The translations under genes and the position numbers were made by a program. The notes beneath the pieces are model-generated. The model made no database searches, had not been told where the DNA came from, and saw nothing but the letters and a program-made list of their open reading frames with translations. Shown piece by piece: positions 11,875 through 21,659 of a stretch of DNA of 64,000 nt (within the stretch, counting starts at the first letter, position 1; every line of letters starts with the position of its first letter). Origin of the DNA: an uncultured Clostridium sp. (GTDB lineage Bacteria > Bacillota > Clostridia > Clostridiales > Clostridiaceae); contig CAZPRO010000001.1 of assembly GCA_964588775.1 (NCBI GenBank), forward strand, positions 113 to 64,112, given 5' to 3'.

Positions 11875-12276
11875 TTATTTTCCTTCTATTTTATCAAGAA
11901 CTCCATTAATGAAGGATACACTTTTCTCATCAGAATACTTTCTTGTTATTTCTAAAGCTTCATTTATTGTTACTGCCTTTGGTATTTCTTCATCATATAA
12001 TAATTCATAAACTGCCAGCCTTAATATACTTAAATTAACCTTTGAAATTCTTTCTATTTTCCATTTATTTAAGTTTTCTTTTATTGTATTATCTATATTT
12101 TCTTTATTTTTTTCTATGCCAAATACCACTTTTCTTAAATATTTCATATCAATTTCATTAATGTTCTCTTCATAATTTTCAACGAAATTTTCAACTGTTT
12201 CATTGGCACTGTCCTTAGTTAGCATCATACTGAATAAAAGTTCCATTGATTTTTCTCTTGATAATTTTCTGTTCAT
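11875..12276 (-). CDS. nusB: transcription antitermination factor NusB
   Basis: 133 aa. C-terminal [24 protein letters not shown] is typical of NusB. Conserved position upstream of folD. Confidence 0.9.
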   Translation of the reverse strand: MNRKLSREKSMELLFSMMLTKDSANETVENFVENYEENINEIDMKYLRKVVFGIEKNKENIDNTIKENLNKWKIERISKVNLSILRLAVYELLYDEEIPKAVTINEALEITRKYSDEKSVSFINGVLDKIEGK

Positions 12277-12362
12277 TTGATCCTCCTAAAATATGAGTAC
12301 ACTTTTTCTATAATTTAATTATACACACTTTGCTTTACTTTTAAACCCAAACTGCATGGAAA

Positions 12363-12388
12363 CACCCTCTGAAAATAATCAGAGGGTG
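12363..12388 (-). terminator. hairpin terminator after the asp23-like gene
   Basis: 10-bp GC-rich stem CACCCTCTGA/TCAGAGGGTG with a 6-nt loop. Only a short T-run (TTT) follows on the minus strand. Confidence 0.5.
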
Positions 12389-12396
12389 AAATAGAA

Positions 12397-12777
12397 CTAT
12401 ACAGTCTCACTTTGATCCTTTTTGGGAATATAGATGCTTTGAACTGTAATATTTACAGCCTCAACCTGCAGTCCTGTCATAGCTTCTACTGTCCTTTTTA
12501 CATTATCCTGAACCATTGACACAAGATCCATAATCTTTCTGCCATATTCTACTGCAACACTCATATCAATTGTTGCCTTATCTTCTGCTAAAGTGACTTT
12601 TGTTGTTCTAACTCCATTCTTTTTGTTTTTAAATAAGTTTGATATGTTTCCGCCAATTCCACTTGAAGCATCTGTAATACCTTCAATTTCTTGAGCAGCA
12701 ATTCCTGCAATAACACTTACAACTTCATCAGAAATTTTAACAACACCTATATTTTCATTCTTTTCAAATTCTTCCAT
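12397..12777 (-). CDS. Asp23/Gls24-family alkaline shock protein
   Basis: GVVKISDEVVSVIAGIAAQEIEGI is typical of Asp23. Start moved to MEEFEKN (ATG 12775-12777), which has AAGGAGG 9 nt upstream. Confidence 0.85.
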   Translation of the reverse strand: MEEFEKNENIGVVKISDEVVSVIAGIAAQEIEGITDASSGIGGNISNLFKNKKNGVRTTKVTLAEDKATIDMSVAVEYGRKIMDLVSMVQDNVKRTVEAMTGLQVEAVNITVQSIYIPKKDQSETV

Positions 12778-12864
12778 GCACTTAAGCCTCCTTAGTTTTG
12801 CTAACAGCAAAACATGCTAATCTTTAGTTTATTATATCAAATAACATTTCACATTACAAATATA

Positions 12865-13392
12865 TTATTTCTGAACTTCTATAATTACATCCTTAATATT
12901 TGAAATATTTTGTACAATTTCCTGAATTGCAACACTATCATTTTCAGATATTGCTTTTTCACTTTTAATGATTACGGTAGCTTTATTTTCATCTAACATA
13001 CATAAAGCATCTTCATACCCTTTATTTTTTATGCTTAATTCAATTCTTCCTTCATTATCCTTTAGCATTGTTTTCTGTGTTAATTTTTCTGTTGCTTCAT
13101 CTTTCTGATTCTGTGATGTATTGTCATCACTTATTATTGCTTTTAAACTTTCAATAGTTGAAGAATCCTTTTGTTCTCTTTCACTTTTTGAATCATAAAA
13201 GTAATTTACAGTTTTTGCCGAAGTTTCTGTTGCCTCTCCTGTTTCCTTTTTACTTATATTCTCTGAAGATAATACCTGGCTTAAATCTGTTGGATCATTT
13301 AAGCCTCCATTATTTAATTTGGCAGCCAGCATTCCAACACATAATATTAATGCCAGTAAAGTAAAAATAATCCCACACTGCTTTTTTGTCAT
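12865..13392 (-). CDS. spoIIIAH: stage III sporulation protein AH
   Basis: Last gene of the spoIIIA operon by position. Single N-terminal TM segment, low-complexity linker and YscJ/FliF-like C-terminus. Start moved to MTKKQCG (GGGAGG 8 nt upstream). Confidence 0.8.
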   Translation of the reverse strand: MTKKQCGIIFTLLALILCVGMLAAKLNNGGLNDPTDLSQVLSSENISKKETGEATETSAKTVNYFYDSKSEREQKDSSTIESLKAIISDDNTSQNQKDEATEKLTQKTMLKDNEGRIELSIKNKGYEDALCMLDENKATVIIKSEKAISENDSVAIQEIVQNISNIKDVIIEVQK

Positions 13393-13430
13393 AATATTTT
13401 CCTCCCATCCTTTTTTCATAATAATATATG

Positions 13431-14033
13431 CTATTTTTTCATTGTATATACGTTAACTTTATCCAAACTTAAGTCATATATTTTTGATACAGCCATTTCA
13501 ATATCATATTTTATCCTGCTGTCCTCTGCTCCCTGTGCAACTACTATAACTCCTACAACTTTAGGTTTATAGGTAGTAATAATAAAAGGTTCATTATTAC
13601 CCTGATTATTTGTCATAACAACTGTACTTCCATCACTATTTACGTTGTTAATTCTCCTTCCTCCTGATGTATCACTTTCTTCTGTTTTTGATACCTGTGA
13701 ATTTTCATCATATGCAGGCTGCTTTCTTGCATCACTTTCAAAAGTAATCATTACATCAACATCACCTACACCCTCTATTTTTTTTAGAATATTTTTTAAA
13801 TCTGTCCTTTGTTTTTCTTCATAATCCTGTTTGGTTTCACAGGCTGTATTAGAACTGTTTTCTTTTGCTGTATTTAGGCTCACATTATTTTTTTTCCAGC
13901 CTGAATTTCCATCTGACGAAAAAACAACATTAACTGCTATAAGCAAAAATGCTGTTATAATGCAAATGGAAAGAATATTGCTTATTTTTTTATCCTTAAT
14001 TTTTTTTTGCAGTTCTTCTATGAGCTTACCCAT
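13431..14033 (-). CDS. spoIIIAG: stage III sporulation protein AG
   Basis: N-terminal TM segment and C-terminal ring-building motif region (VGVIVVAQGAEDSRIKYDIEMAV). Operon position. Confidence 0.85.
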   Translation of the reverse strand: MGKLIEELQKKIKDKKISNILSICIITAFLLIAVNVVFSSDGNSGWKKNNVSLNTAKENSSNTACETKQDYEEKQRTDLKNILKKIEGVGDVDVMITFESDARKQPAYDENSQVSKTEESDTSGGRRINNVNSDGSTVVMTNNQGNNEPFIITTYKPKVVGVIVVAQGAEDSRIKYDIEMAVSKIYDLSLDKVNVYTMKK

Positions 14034-14628
14034 TATTTCTGCCCTCCCTGTTTTTCATTTCATAAATATTTATTTTATCTGAATTAACTTTAAGCTCATT
14101 ACTTAAAAAATCTTTCACATCTTTATATTCACATTGTTCTTCTAAAACATCCTCATTAATATTAACTTCTACCTTTCTAATTTGATTAACTCCACTATTC
14201 TTTATATATATATTAATATTTTTTATGTCATATTCCATACTATCACTGTTACACTGACATACAGCAGTACACTGAAAATTCATATTTGAAAATTTTTCTT
14301 CAAGAAGCTTAACTATTTCATAGGAAAGTTTCTTTTCAAACTGCCTGTTTAAATCATTATCATTATGTGAACTATAAACTTCCAAAGAATTATTATTTTC
14401 ATATTTTTCCACTTCATATTCATATGATCTCATAGTTTCTTCAATAGTATTGTTTTCATTGGTAATAAGTTTTATTATAGGATTTATCATTACTGCCATA
14501 AATATGATTCCCAGCACAAAACTCACATATTTCTTCATTTTATTATCTGGAGAAATTATTTCTACTGCACTTATAAATATTATTAAAACAGCTATATTAG
14601 TAACAAATTCCTTAATTATTCCTATCAT
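14026..14628 (-). CDS. spoIIIAF: stage III sporulation protein AF
   Basis: Two N-terminal TM segments plus a soluble C-terminal domain. Operon position between AE and AG. Confidence 0.8.
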   Translation of the reverse strand: MIGIIKEFVTNIAVLIIFISAVEIISPDNKMKKYVSFVLGIIFMAVMINPIIKLITNENNTIEETMRSYEYEVEKYENNNSLEVYSSHNDNDLNRQFEKKLSYEIVKLLEEKFSNMNFQCTAVCQCNSDSMEYDIKNINIYIKNSGVNQIRKVEVNINEDVLEEQCEYKDVKDFLSNELKVNSDKINIYEMKNREGRNNG

Positions 14629-14629
14629 T

Positions 14630-15856
14630 TTATAAGCCCCCTACAATATATTTTCCACAGGAAGCTATTATTCCAAGAAGCACAAAGGACATAAGGCTTA
14701 CAGTAAGTACACAGGATGTTATTAAGGTCATGGATTTTCCTGCTGCTTCCAAGGATTTTATAATTCTTGAATCGCCTACAGGCTCTATAACAGCACTGCT
14801 TATTTTATAAACTATTGTCATTAAAAACAGCTTAATTAATGGATACAAAATAATAAATACTATTATAAGAAGGCCTATGGAACTTACAGCATTTTTTATT
14901 AAAAGAGAATATGCTGCAACTGAAGCAATTGCATCTGAAAAGGCTTTTCCTACTACGGGTATAAAGTTATCAACAGCATATTTTGCAGTCTTTAGTGTAA
15001 CTGCATCTATGGTATTTGAAGCAATTCCCCTTATGGTTAATATACCAATAAAAAAAGTTATAATTATTCCCTGTCCCCATAAAATTACCTGCTTAAATAA
15101 GCCACACAGATTATTTATTTTATGCTTCTTAGACATATTATTTACAAATTCAAGAACAAATTCCATAAGTATAAGAGGCAATATAACATCTGCATATATC
15201 TTGGGAATGAATATCACGCAAAACAAAATTACAGGATCAAGGGTTGCTGCAGTTGTATATCCTCCGCTTGCACTTATCATAGTAACAAGAATGGGCAGAA
15301 GAGCACTCATAAAATTAGAAATATTATTAATAACATCTTTAGCTACTGAAATTGATACAACAAAACTTTTTGAAAGAATCATTATAATAACTGCATAACA
15401 GGCATAAAAAGCCACTTCTGATATGTTCTCATTAGAAAATGCGTCTTGAAGATTTTTTAGAAGAGAACACAATAAAGCAATTATTATAATTGATATAGTA
15501 AGGTGTACAACTACATTAACTTCTTTAAATAAAATATTTAATATATATCTGCCAATCTCTTTAACAGATAAATTTCCAGTACCATTTTTAATATAGCTTT
15601 CCAAAAAGTCTTGAGGCTCAAATTCCTTAGGTATTTCTGAATTTATTTTCATATTGTTTATATAATCATAAAGAGCATTTATATCTTCTTCTGCTTCTAT
15701 TCCTATATCTTCTTCCAAAATTTCCTTCTGATTATTTGTAGTATTTTGTGCATAAACTATTGTTTCATATGTAAAATTATTATGGGGCAAAAATCCTGCC
15801 ATAATAAAACCAATAATTACATATATACAAATTGTTAACCTTCTTATCATCTTCAT
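14630..15856 (-). CDS. spoIIIAE: stage III sporulation protein AE
   Basis: 408-aa polytopic membrane protein with a signal sequence. Operon position. Confidence 0.85.
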   Translation of the reverse strand: MKMIRRLTICIYVIIGFIMAGFLPHNNFTYETIVYAQNTTNNQKEILEEDIGIEAEEDINALYDYINNMKINSEIPKEFEPQDFLESYIKNGTGNLSVKEIGRYILNILFKEVNVVVHLTISIIIIALLCSLLKNLQDAFSNENISEVAFYACYAVIIMILSKSFVVSISVAKDVINNISNFMSALLPILVTMISASGGYTTAATLDPVILFCVIFIPKIYADVILPLILMEFVLEFVNNMSKKHKINNLCGLFKQVILWGQGIIITFFIGILTIRGIASNTIDAVTLKTAKYAVDNFIPVVGKAFSDAIASVAAYSLLIKNAVSSIGLLIIVFIILYPLIKLFLMTIVYKISSAVIEPVGDSRIIKSLEAAGKSMTLITSCVLTVSLMSFVLLGIIASCGKYIVGGL

Positions 15857-15865
15857 ATATTACAC

Positions 15866-16258
15866 CTACATTATCTGCAAAATAGAATTAAGAACTGCTA
15901 AAAGTATTGGTACTGCAAGAAGCAATATCATTACTTTTCCTGAAAAATCAACCTGTGCTGCAAGAGAATCTGCATTGGCATCTCTGCATAAAGAACTGCA
16001 GAATGATGCTATATATGATATGGCTAAAATTTTTATTATAATTCCTATATACACAGAATCAATATCTGACTTTCCTGCAATGGTAGTTACAAAATTTATT
16101 ATTTCTTTAATAGGCTGTACAATCATTAACAAAATAATAGCTCCACTTGCCAAGAGGAGAAGAACATTAAGTTCACTTCTACTATGCCTTAAATATATAT
16201 TTATAAATAATGCTGCAAATGTTATACATACAATTTTTATTATGAGCATATGCATCAC
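15866..16258 (-). CDS. spoIIIAD: stage III sporulation protein AD
   Basis: 130-aa protein with four TM segments, directly abutting spoIIIAC. Confidence 0.85.
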   Translation of the reverse strand: MMHMLIIKIVCITFAALFINIYLRHSRSELNVLLLLASGAIILLMIVQPIKEIINFVTTIAGKSDIDSVYIGIIIKILAISYIASFCSSLCRDANADSLAAQVDFSGKVMILLLAVPILLAVLNSILQIM

Positions 16259-16459
16259 CTACATCATAAACATAGTTTTTACTGTATTAAAAAGATCTCC
16301 AATTATTGAAACTATCATAAGAAGTATAATTACAATTCCTGCTATATTGGTTATTGCTGCTATTTCTCCTTTTCCACTGCTTGTTAAGACCTTATCCAAA
16401 ACAACCAGAAGTATTCCTGCACCTCCAATTTTGAAAAGTATAGTAAAATCCTGCATCAT
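16259..16459 (-). CDS. spoIIIAC: stage III sporulation protein AC
   Basis: 66-aa protein with two TM segments (GGAGILLVVLDKVL). Operon position. Confidence 0.85.
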   Translation of the reverse strand: MMQDFTILFKIGGAGILLVVLDKVLTSSGKGEIAAITNIAGIVIILLMIVSIIGDLFNTVKTMFMM

Positions 16460-16485
16460 TATCCTCTCCCCTCATTTATAATTAT

Positions 16486-17004
16486 TCATATTAGGAAAAT
16501 TACAATAATAAATCCTGCACACACTCCAACATATCTATATAATTTCACATTTCTTTTTGTAAGCTCATGAGCTTCCTTAATGCTTATTTTTAATTCTTCT
16601 TCTGTTATATCAAATAATGCTTTTTGTCCATCTATGGTACTTTCACCTAATGATTTAAAAAAATCAGAAAACAGACACACATCACTTTTTTCAAAATATA
16701 GATGCTCCTTTACTTTGTTATATTCCTCTTTTGCTGCTTCATAAATACTTTCAGCATTTCCATCTATAAGCTTTGCTCTCAAATTTAGAAGAATATGCTG
16801 CATAGGCTCACTACACTTTTTACTTACCTTCCCAAAGGCTTCTTCAATAGGTGAATAGAGAAATACTATTTCATTTTTCAGCATAAGAAGTATTTTATTA
16901 CATTCTTTAAGCTGCTGCTCCCTTTTTCTAAAGGATTCTCCATATATAAAACCGGCATATGAAAAACTTACAAATATAATTATAAGACTTGCTATTTTAA
17001 ACAT
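16486..17004 (-). CDS. spoIIIAB: stage III sporulation protein AB
   Basis: 172 aa with N- and C-terminal TM segments and a helical cytoplasmic domain. Overlaps the spoIIIAA stop. Confidence 0.85.
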   Translation of the reverse strand: MFKIASLIIIFVSFSYAGFIYGESFRKREQQLKECNKILLMLKNEIVFLYSPIEEAFGKVSKKCSEPMQHILLNLRAKLIDGNAESIYEAAKEEYNKVKEHLYFEKSDVCLFSDFFKSLGESTIDGQKALFDITEEELKISIKEAHELTKRNVKLYRYVGVCAGFIIVIFLI

Positions 17005-17939
17005 TCCTTTTCTCCCTTACTAATTTTATATATATTCTTAATAGTGCCGGCACCATTATCACTGCTTAAAACTACAACTCTTTCTATAATTTCATTTTCA
17101 ATTAGAGATGATAATATTTTCCTTTTACTCAAATCCTCTATGCATGACCCATGAATAGATGTTATTATTTTTACTCCACAGTTAAAGGCAGTAAATAGGG
17201 CTTTAACATCTTCCTCACTTCCTATTTCATCACATATTAATGCTTCCGGAGATAAACTTCTTACTGCCATAATAAGGCCATCCTTTTTTTTACAATTATC
17301 AAGGACATCACACCTTATTCCAAGATTGTTCTGAGGCACTCCCATATAACAGGCAGCAATCTCACTTCTCTCATCAATTATAGTTACTTTATGACCATAA
17401 TATTTAAAATCTAAAATATCAGCATCATCAATACCACTTGAAATATTTCTTGCTATATCTCTTAAAATTGTAGTTTTGCCACACTTAGGCGGTGAAATTA
17501 TTATGGTATTGTATATTTTATCTTTAGACACTATATACTTCATTATTTTATTAGAACATCCAATAACTTCACTGCTTATTCTTATGTTTACACTGGAAAT
17601 ATTCCTTATACCCTTAATTTGTCCATGTTCATTTATACATTCTCCCCCAATTCCTATTCTATGTCCTCCCTTTATTGTAATGAATCCATTCCTTAAGTCT
17701 TCTTCATAGGCATAAAGTGAGTATCCAACTGTCTTCTTTATTAAATTTTTTATATCTTCTTTGCTGCAAATATAATTAACAATGCTTTCTCCATATTTTG
17801 AATATACCAAAATAGGCTGTCCTATCTTTATCCGTATTTCATAAAGTTTTTCTTTAGTTATTCTTTCATAAAGTTTTTCATATAAATTATCAGGCATAAG
17901 ATTTAATATTTCTTTCTGTCTGTTTAAAATATTTTTCAC
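16992..17939 (-). CDS. spoIIIAA: stage III sporulation protein AA (secretion-type ATPase)
   Basis: Walker A SPPKCGKTTILRD and Walker B-like LICDEIG. GTG start (17937-17939) after AGAGGCGG. First gene of the spoIIIA operon. Confidence 0.9.
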   Translation of the reverse strand: MKNILNRQKEILNLMPDNLYEKLYERITKEKLYEIRIKIGQPILVYSKYGESIVNYICSKEDIKNLIKKTVGYSLYAYEEDLRNGFITIKGGHRIGIGGECINEHGQIKGIRNISSVNIRISSEVIGCSNKIMKYIVSKDKIYNTIIISPPKCGKTTILRDIARNISSGIDDADILDFKYYGHKVTIIDERSEIAACYMGVPQNNLGIRCDVLDNCKKKDGLIMAVRSLSPEALICDEIGSEEDVKALFTAFNCGVKIITSIHGSCIEDLSKRKILSSLIENEIIERVVVLSSDNGAGTIKNIYKISKGEKECLK

Positions 17940-18030
17940 CCGCCTCTTACATTGTTATGTTCTATTAATATACAGTTACCCCTAAAAATATTCCCTTCTC
18001 TTAAAAATATGTAACATAAATTTTTAAAAC

Positions 18031-18078
18031 AAAAATAGAACCTGTAATGGAAAACTGTGCATTACAGGTTCTATTTTT
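18031..18078 (-). terminator. rho-independent terminator closing the dynamin-like GTPase operon
   Basis: 19-bp perfect inverted repeat AAAAATAGAACCTGTAATG (18031-18049) / CATTACAGGTTCTATTTTT (18060-18078) with a 10-nt loop and a T-run. It sits 14 nt after the stop at 18092. Confidence 0.8.
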
Positions 18079-18091
18079 ATGTTTTATAAGT

Positions 18092-19870
18092 TTACATTGT
18101 AATTAATAAACATTTATTTAACAAAAAATCTATTTCATTTTTTAATCTTACCAGTTCTTCTGTATTTAAGTCCTTTAGTTCGTTTTCATCATCCTGGAAT
18201 TCATTGCTTAGCTGCTTGTATAATATTGTTATTTGTTCCTTTTTCTTATCTCTTAAAATATCACTGTGTTTTTTTACTGCATATCCTATATCTTCAGCCC
18301 ATTTATTTACAGCTTCACTACTCATTTCTTCTGCATCTTTCTCCCAGTTTATAGATGTAAATAAAGCAAAAACAGAATCCCTAAATATGTTTAAATATTC
18401 TGTTATGGCTTTTATGGATGTTGCTTTTATTACTCTTATAAAATAAGAAAAATGTTTTCCCTTTTCATTGGAAAGTTCATCATTAATTCCTAATTTTTTC
18501 ATATTTGAATAGGTATTTTTTGTTTCCACACCTTTTTCATATTTTCTAAGCATATCTCCTGCTATTTTCTTTATATCATCTTCTATATGTATGTCAATAA
18601 GCCCGCTTAAAACTTCACCATAAGATGGCATTCTTTCTCTAATTTTCCCTTCAAAATCCTTAAGAAGATTTTTTAGTAATTCATCAATCTCTCTCTCTAA
18701 AACTCTCATTTCATCTTCTATATAATTTATAAGATTTTCAGTCTGCTCTGTTGTAAATTTTGATATATAGTATTCTTGAAGAAGATTAATGGTTTCATCT
18801 TTCTTTCTCTTATTTTGTTTATCATATATTATATTATTAATTTCTTCTTTTATGGTTAATGCAGCCTTATCTATATATTTTACTGACGATAATTTAATTT
18901 TAGCATATCCTCTTTCCACATTTTCCATAATTCCAGTTTTTTTATCTAAAAGAGCTTTATATAATTTTATACATTCCTCAATATCCCCTCTTTTTGATTC
19001 AATACCTGCAATTCTAGAATTAATTTTTATGTTACATTCCTGTAAAATGAAATCCTGATACCCTTTTAAATTATGTGCTAATTCTTCTCTTTTACTTTCA
19101 TCATTGGTTCTTTTATAAATATAGTCAAATAGCTGTCTTGTATCAGGATTCTTATCTGGAGAACTCTTTATTAAGAATGACTGTGCTTTTCTTTTTGTAC
19201 ATTTTTCAAAATTTTGTCCTATTTCAATTATTCTTTTATTTTCCTCTGTAACATCCTTAGGACACATTGTAACTGCCAGAATAATTTCAACATCGGAATT
19301 TATTACTTCACCTACATAACTTAAAAACTGAAAATCATATTCACCAAAACCAGCTTTATATGAAACTGTATATACTATAAAATCACTTTCTGGAATAAAT
19401 TCTTTTAAAACTTCTTCATGATAACTTTCTAATGAGCCATATCCAGGAGTATCAAACAATCTAAAATTATCATAGTCTTCATATTTTGACTGACCTATAT
19501 AACGTAGCCTGTGAATATTCTTTAATGGATTTATAACATAAGAATCAAACTGTTCTTTTTCAATTTTTCTGTAAGTACTGTCCTTATTAATTAAATAAAA
19601 AATATCTTCAGTATTTTTTCTAATGACTATTTCAGTTATTATGCTTGTAGTTGGTTTTACACTTTCTTTTAAAACTTTATTTTCAAATAAACTATTTATT
19701 ATTGTGCTTTTCCCACTACTGGTTTCTCCAAGCATGACAACATAATGAGCTGGATTTAATATTCTGTCTTTTATTAAGGAATTTCTATTTATTATTGAAT
19801 CTATTCCCATTTCACGTACTACTCTGTCTATTCTCTTTTGTCTACCTATACATTCCTCAAAAATATCCAT
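18092..19870 (-). CDS. dynamin-like GTPase (DLP-S, no obvious membrane segment)
   Basis: G1 GETSSGKST, G2-region PTTSIIT, G3 DTPG, followed by about 350 aa of Lys/Glu-rich helical sequence. Its SD GGAGG overlaps the stop codon of the upstream gene. Confidence 0.7.
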   Translation of the reverse strand: MDIFEECIGRQKRIDRVVREMGIDSIINRNSLIKDRILNPAHYVVMLGETSSGKSTIINSLFENKVLKESVKPTTSIITEIVIRKNTEDIFYLINKDSTYRKIEKEQFDSYVINPLKNIHRLRYIGQSKYEDYDNFRLFDTPGYGSLESYHEEVLKEFIPESDFIVYTVSYKAGFGEYDFQFLSYVGEVINSDVEIILAVTMCPKDVTEENKRIIEIGQNFEKCTKRKAQSFLIKSSPDKNPDTRQLFDYIYKRTNDESKREELAHNLKGYQDFILQECNIKINSRIAGIESKRGDIEECIKLYKALLDKKTGIMENVERGYAKIKLSSVKYIDKAALTIKEEINNIIYDKQNKRKKDETINLLQEYYISKFTTEQTENLINYIEDEMRVLEREIDELLKNLLKDFEGKIRERMPSYGEVLSGLIDIHIEDDIKKIAGDMLRKYEKGVETKNTYSNMKKLGINDELSNEKGKHFSYFIRVIKATSIKAITEYLNIFRDSVFALFTSINWEKDAEEMSSEAVNKWAEDIGYAVKKHSDILRDKKKEQITILYKQLSNEFQDDENELKDLNTEELVRLKNEIDFLLNKCLLITM

Positions 19871-19881
19871 ATTTTTACCTC

Positions 19882-21657
19882 CTAAGCATAATTTATTCCA
19901 TAGTCTCTTTGAATACTCATTAATAAATCAAAATCTTTCTTAAAACTTTCAATATGTTCTTCTGTATACTGGCTGTCATATTGTTTTTCTATACTTTTTA
20001 TATCATCCTTAAAACTATCTTCTATATTTTTCCTCATTGTTTTCATTGATTCATCAACTTCCAGCTGTTTTGCTCTTAAATCATCAAGTATTTCTTCTTT
20101 TAAATAATTCCTTAAATCTTCTATCATAGGTTTTAAATCCTGCATGGTTAATTCTGCACGAGTTTTTAATATTTCATGCTTCATATAGTCTCCAATAAGA
20201 GAAAATACTATACCAATTCCCATTCCTGTTAGAATACCTATTGGACCACCAAGAACAGAGGCTGCTGTTATTGTTCCTATTATTCCTCCTGATAGTCCAA
20301 GAATTGATGGAAGGGTATTTTCATATTTTACTTCACTTTCTTTGTTAAAAAATGAAATATTTTCATATGTTCCATTAAAATTTTTTATTGTAATGGTTCC
20401 TAATTCTTCATTTAGACTGTCTATTAAAGAACTTACACTTTTTAAAATTTCATCCATAATATCATTAATTGCTTTATCTGAAAGTTCCTTATAAATTACA
20501 CTTAATTTTTTTCCATCAACAATTCCCTTATCTACAATTCCCTTTATATCATAAGTAAGCTTTTCTATTTTCTCATCAATTAAATCTGAGCCTTCATTAA
20601 TTAATTTTTCAAGGCTCTCTTCTGCATTGTTTCTTATGCTTCTAAATCTTTTTTTATTATGACTTATTATGGTTTTTAGTTCATCTATCTTTTTTCCCTT
20701 TTCTGCTTCATTTTCATAACTTTCACGTTCAGCTACTGTACTAAAAGTTACAATCTGATCATGTAAATTTTTAAAGCATTCATTTAATTTTGTTTTTAAA
20801 TTATTTTCAAGATTGTCACTATAATTTTCGCTTACTTTAACAATTTCATTTATAACATTTTGTATACCACTGTCTGCATATTCCTGCAGGCTGTTTTCAA
20901 GGCTTCCTTTTAATGCCTTATATACATTAACTATGTTCACTTTTAAAGTTTTTTTATCATTATGTTCAATTGATATAGTTTCCAGCACACTTTCATTATG
21001 TTCTTTTGCATCTTCTGCATCCTCTGCAGTTTCATCATTCCATTTATTTTGAACAAATATGGTATTAGAAAGCTTTGACCATAAAGCACTTATAAAATTC
21101 TTTTCTGTGCGTGTTATAGGAGGATTAGTACGTATAATAAAAATACCGCATACAAGTTTATTTACATAATCTAAAGTTGTCTGCTGATTTTCAGGAGTAA
21201 GGCTTCCCACTCCTGGCAAATCAACCAAGACTATACCATTCTTTAATATTTCACACTGACTATAAATAATTATTTTTTTTACATTTAATTTATTTGCTTC
21301 ATTATAGTCATTATGAACATACTTTTCCAATTCACTTATATTAATTATTTTTTCAGGTTTATCATGAAAAAAGATTATAGCATCAGTATTATTACCATAT
21401 TTAATTTCTACAGGAACACAGGTTGTTTCGTCAACATCACTTGGCAGTATATTATCATTTCTTAAAACTGCATTTAAAAAACTGCTTTTTCCTGCTCCCT
21501 GAACACCTAAAACTGGCATTATAACCTGATTATTTTCCATATTTTTAATAAAATGATTAAAATATTCAATAACCCCCATTTCCCTGTTTTCATTCTTCAA
21601 ATATTTATCTACAAGATAATTAAACCTTTTGTCATTTATGATTTCTTTATAAATCAT
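19882..21657 (-). CDS. dynamin-like GTPase with predicted membrane-inserting hairpin (DLP-M)
   Basis: G1 GVQGAGKSS, G2-region ETTCVP, G3 DLPG, G4-like NKWND and a helical stalk-like remainder. Gly-rich hydrophobic stretch LPSILGLSGGIIGTITAASVLGGPIGILTGMGIGIVFSLIG lies near aa 445-490. Confidence 0.7.
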   Translation of the reverse strand: MIYKEIINDKRFNYLVDKYLKNENREMGVIEYFNHFIKNMENNQVIMPVLGVQGAGKSSFLNAVLRNDNILPSDVDETTCVPVEIKYGNNTDAIIFFHDKPEKIINISELEKYVHNDYNEANKLNVKKIIIYSQCEILKNGIVLVDLPGVGSLTPENQQTTLDYVNKLVCGIFIIRTNPPITRTEKNFISALWSKLSNTIFVQNKWNDETAEDAEDAKEHNESVLETISIEHNDKKTLKVNIVNVYKALKGSLENSLQEYADSGIQNVINEIVKVSENYSDNLENNLKTKLNECFKNLHDQIVTFSTVAERESYENEAEKGKKIDELKTIISHNKKRFRSIRNNAEESLEKLINEGSDLIDEKIEKLTYDIKGIVDKGIVDGKKLSVIYKELSDKAINDIMDEILKSVSSLIDSLNEELGTITIKNFNGTYENISFFNKESEVKYENTLPSILGLSGGIIGTITAASVLGGPIGILTGMGIGIVFSLIGDYMKHEILKTRAELTMQDLKPMIEDLRNYLKEEILDDLRAKQLEVDESMKTMRKNIEDSFKDDIKSIEKQYDSQYTEEHIESFKKDFDLLMSIQRDYGINYA

Positions 21658-21659
21658 GT

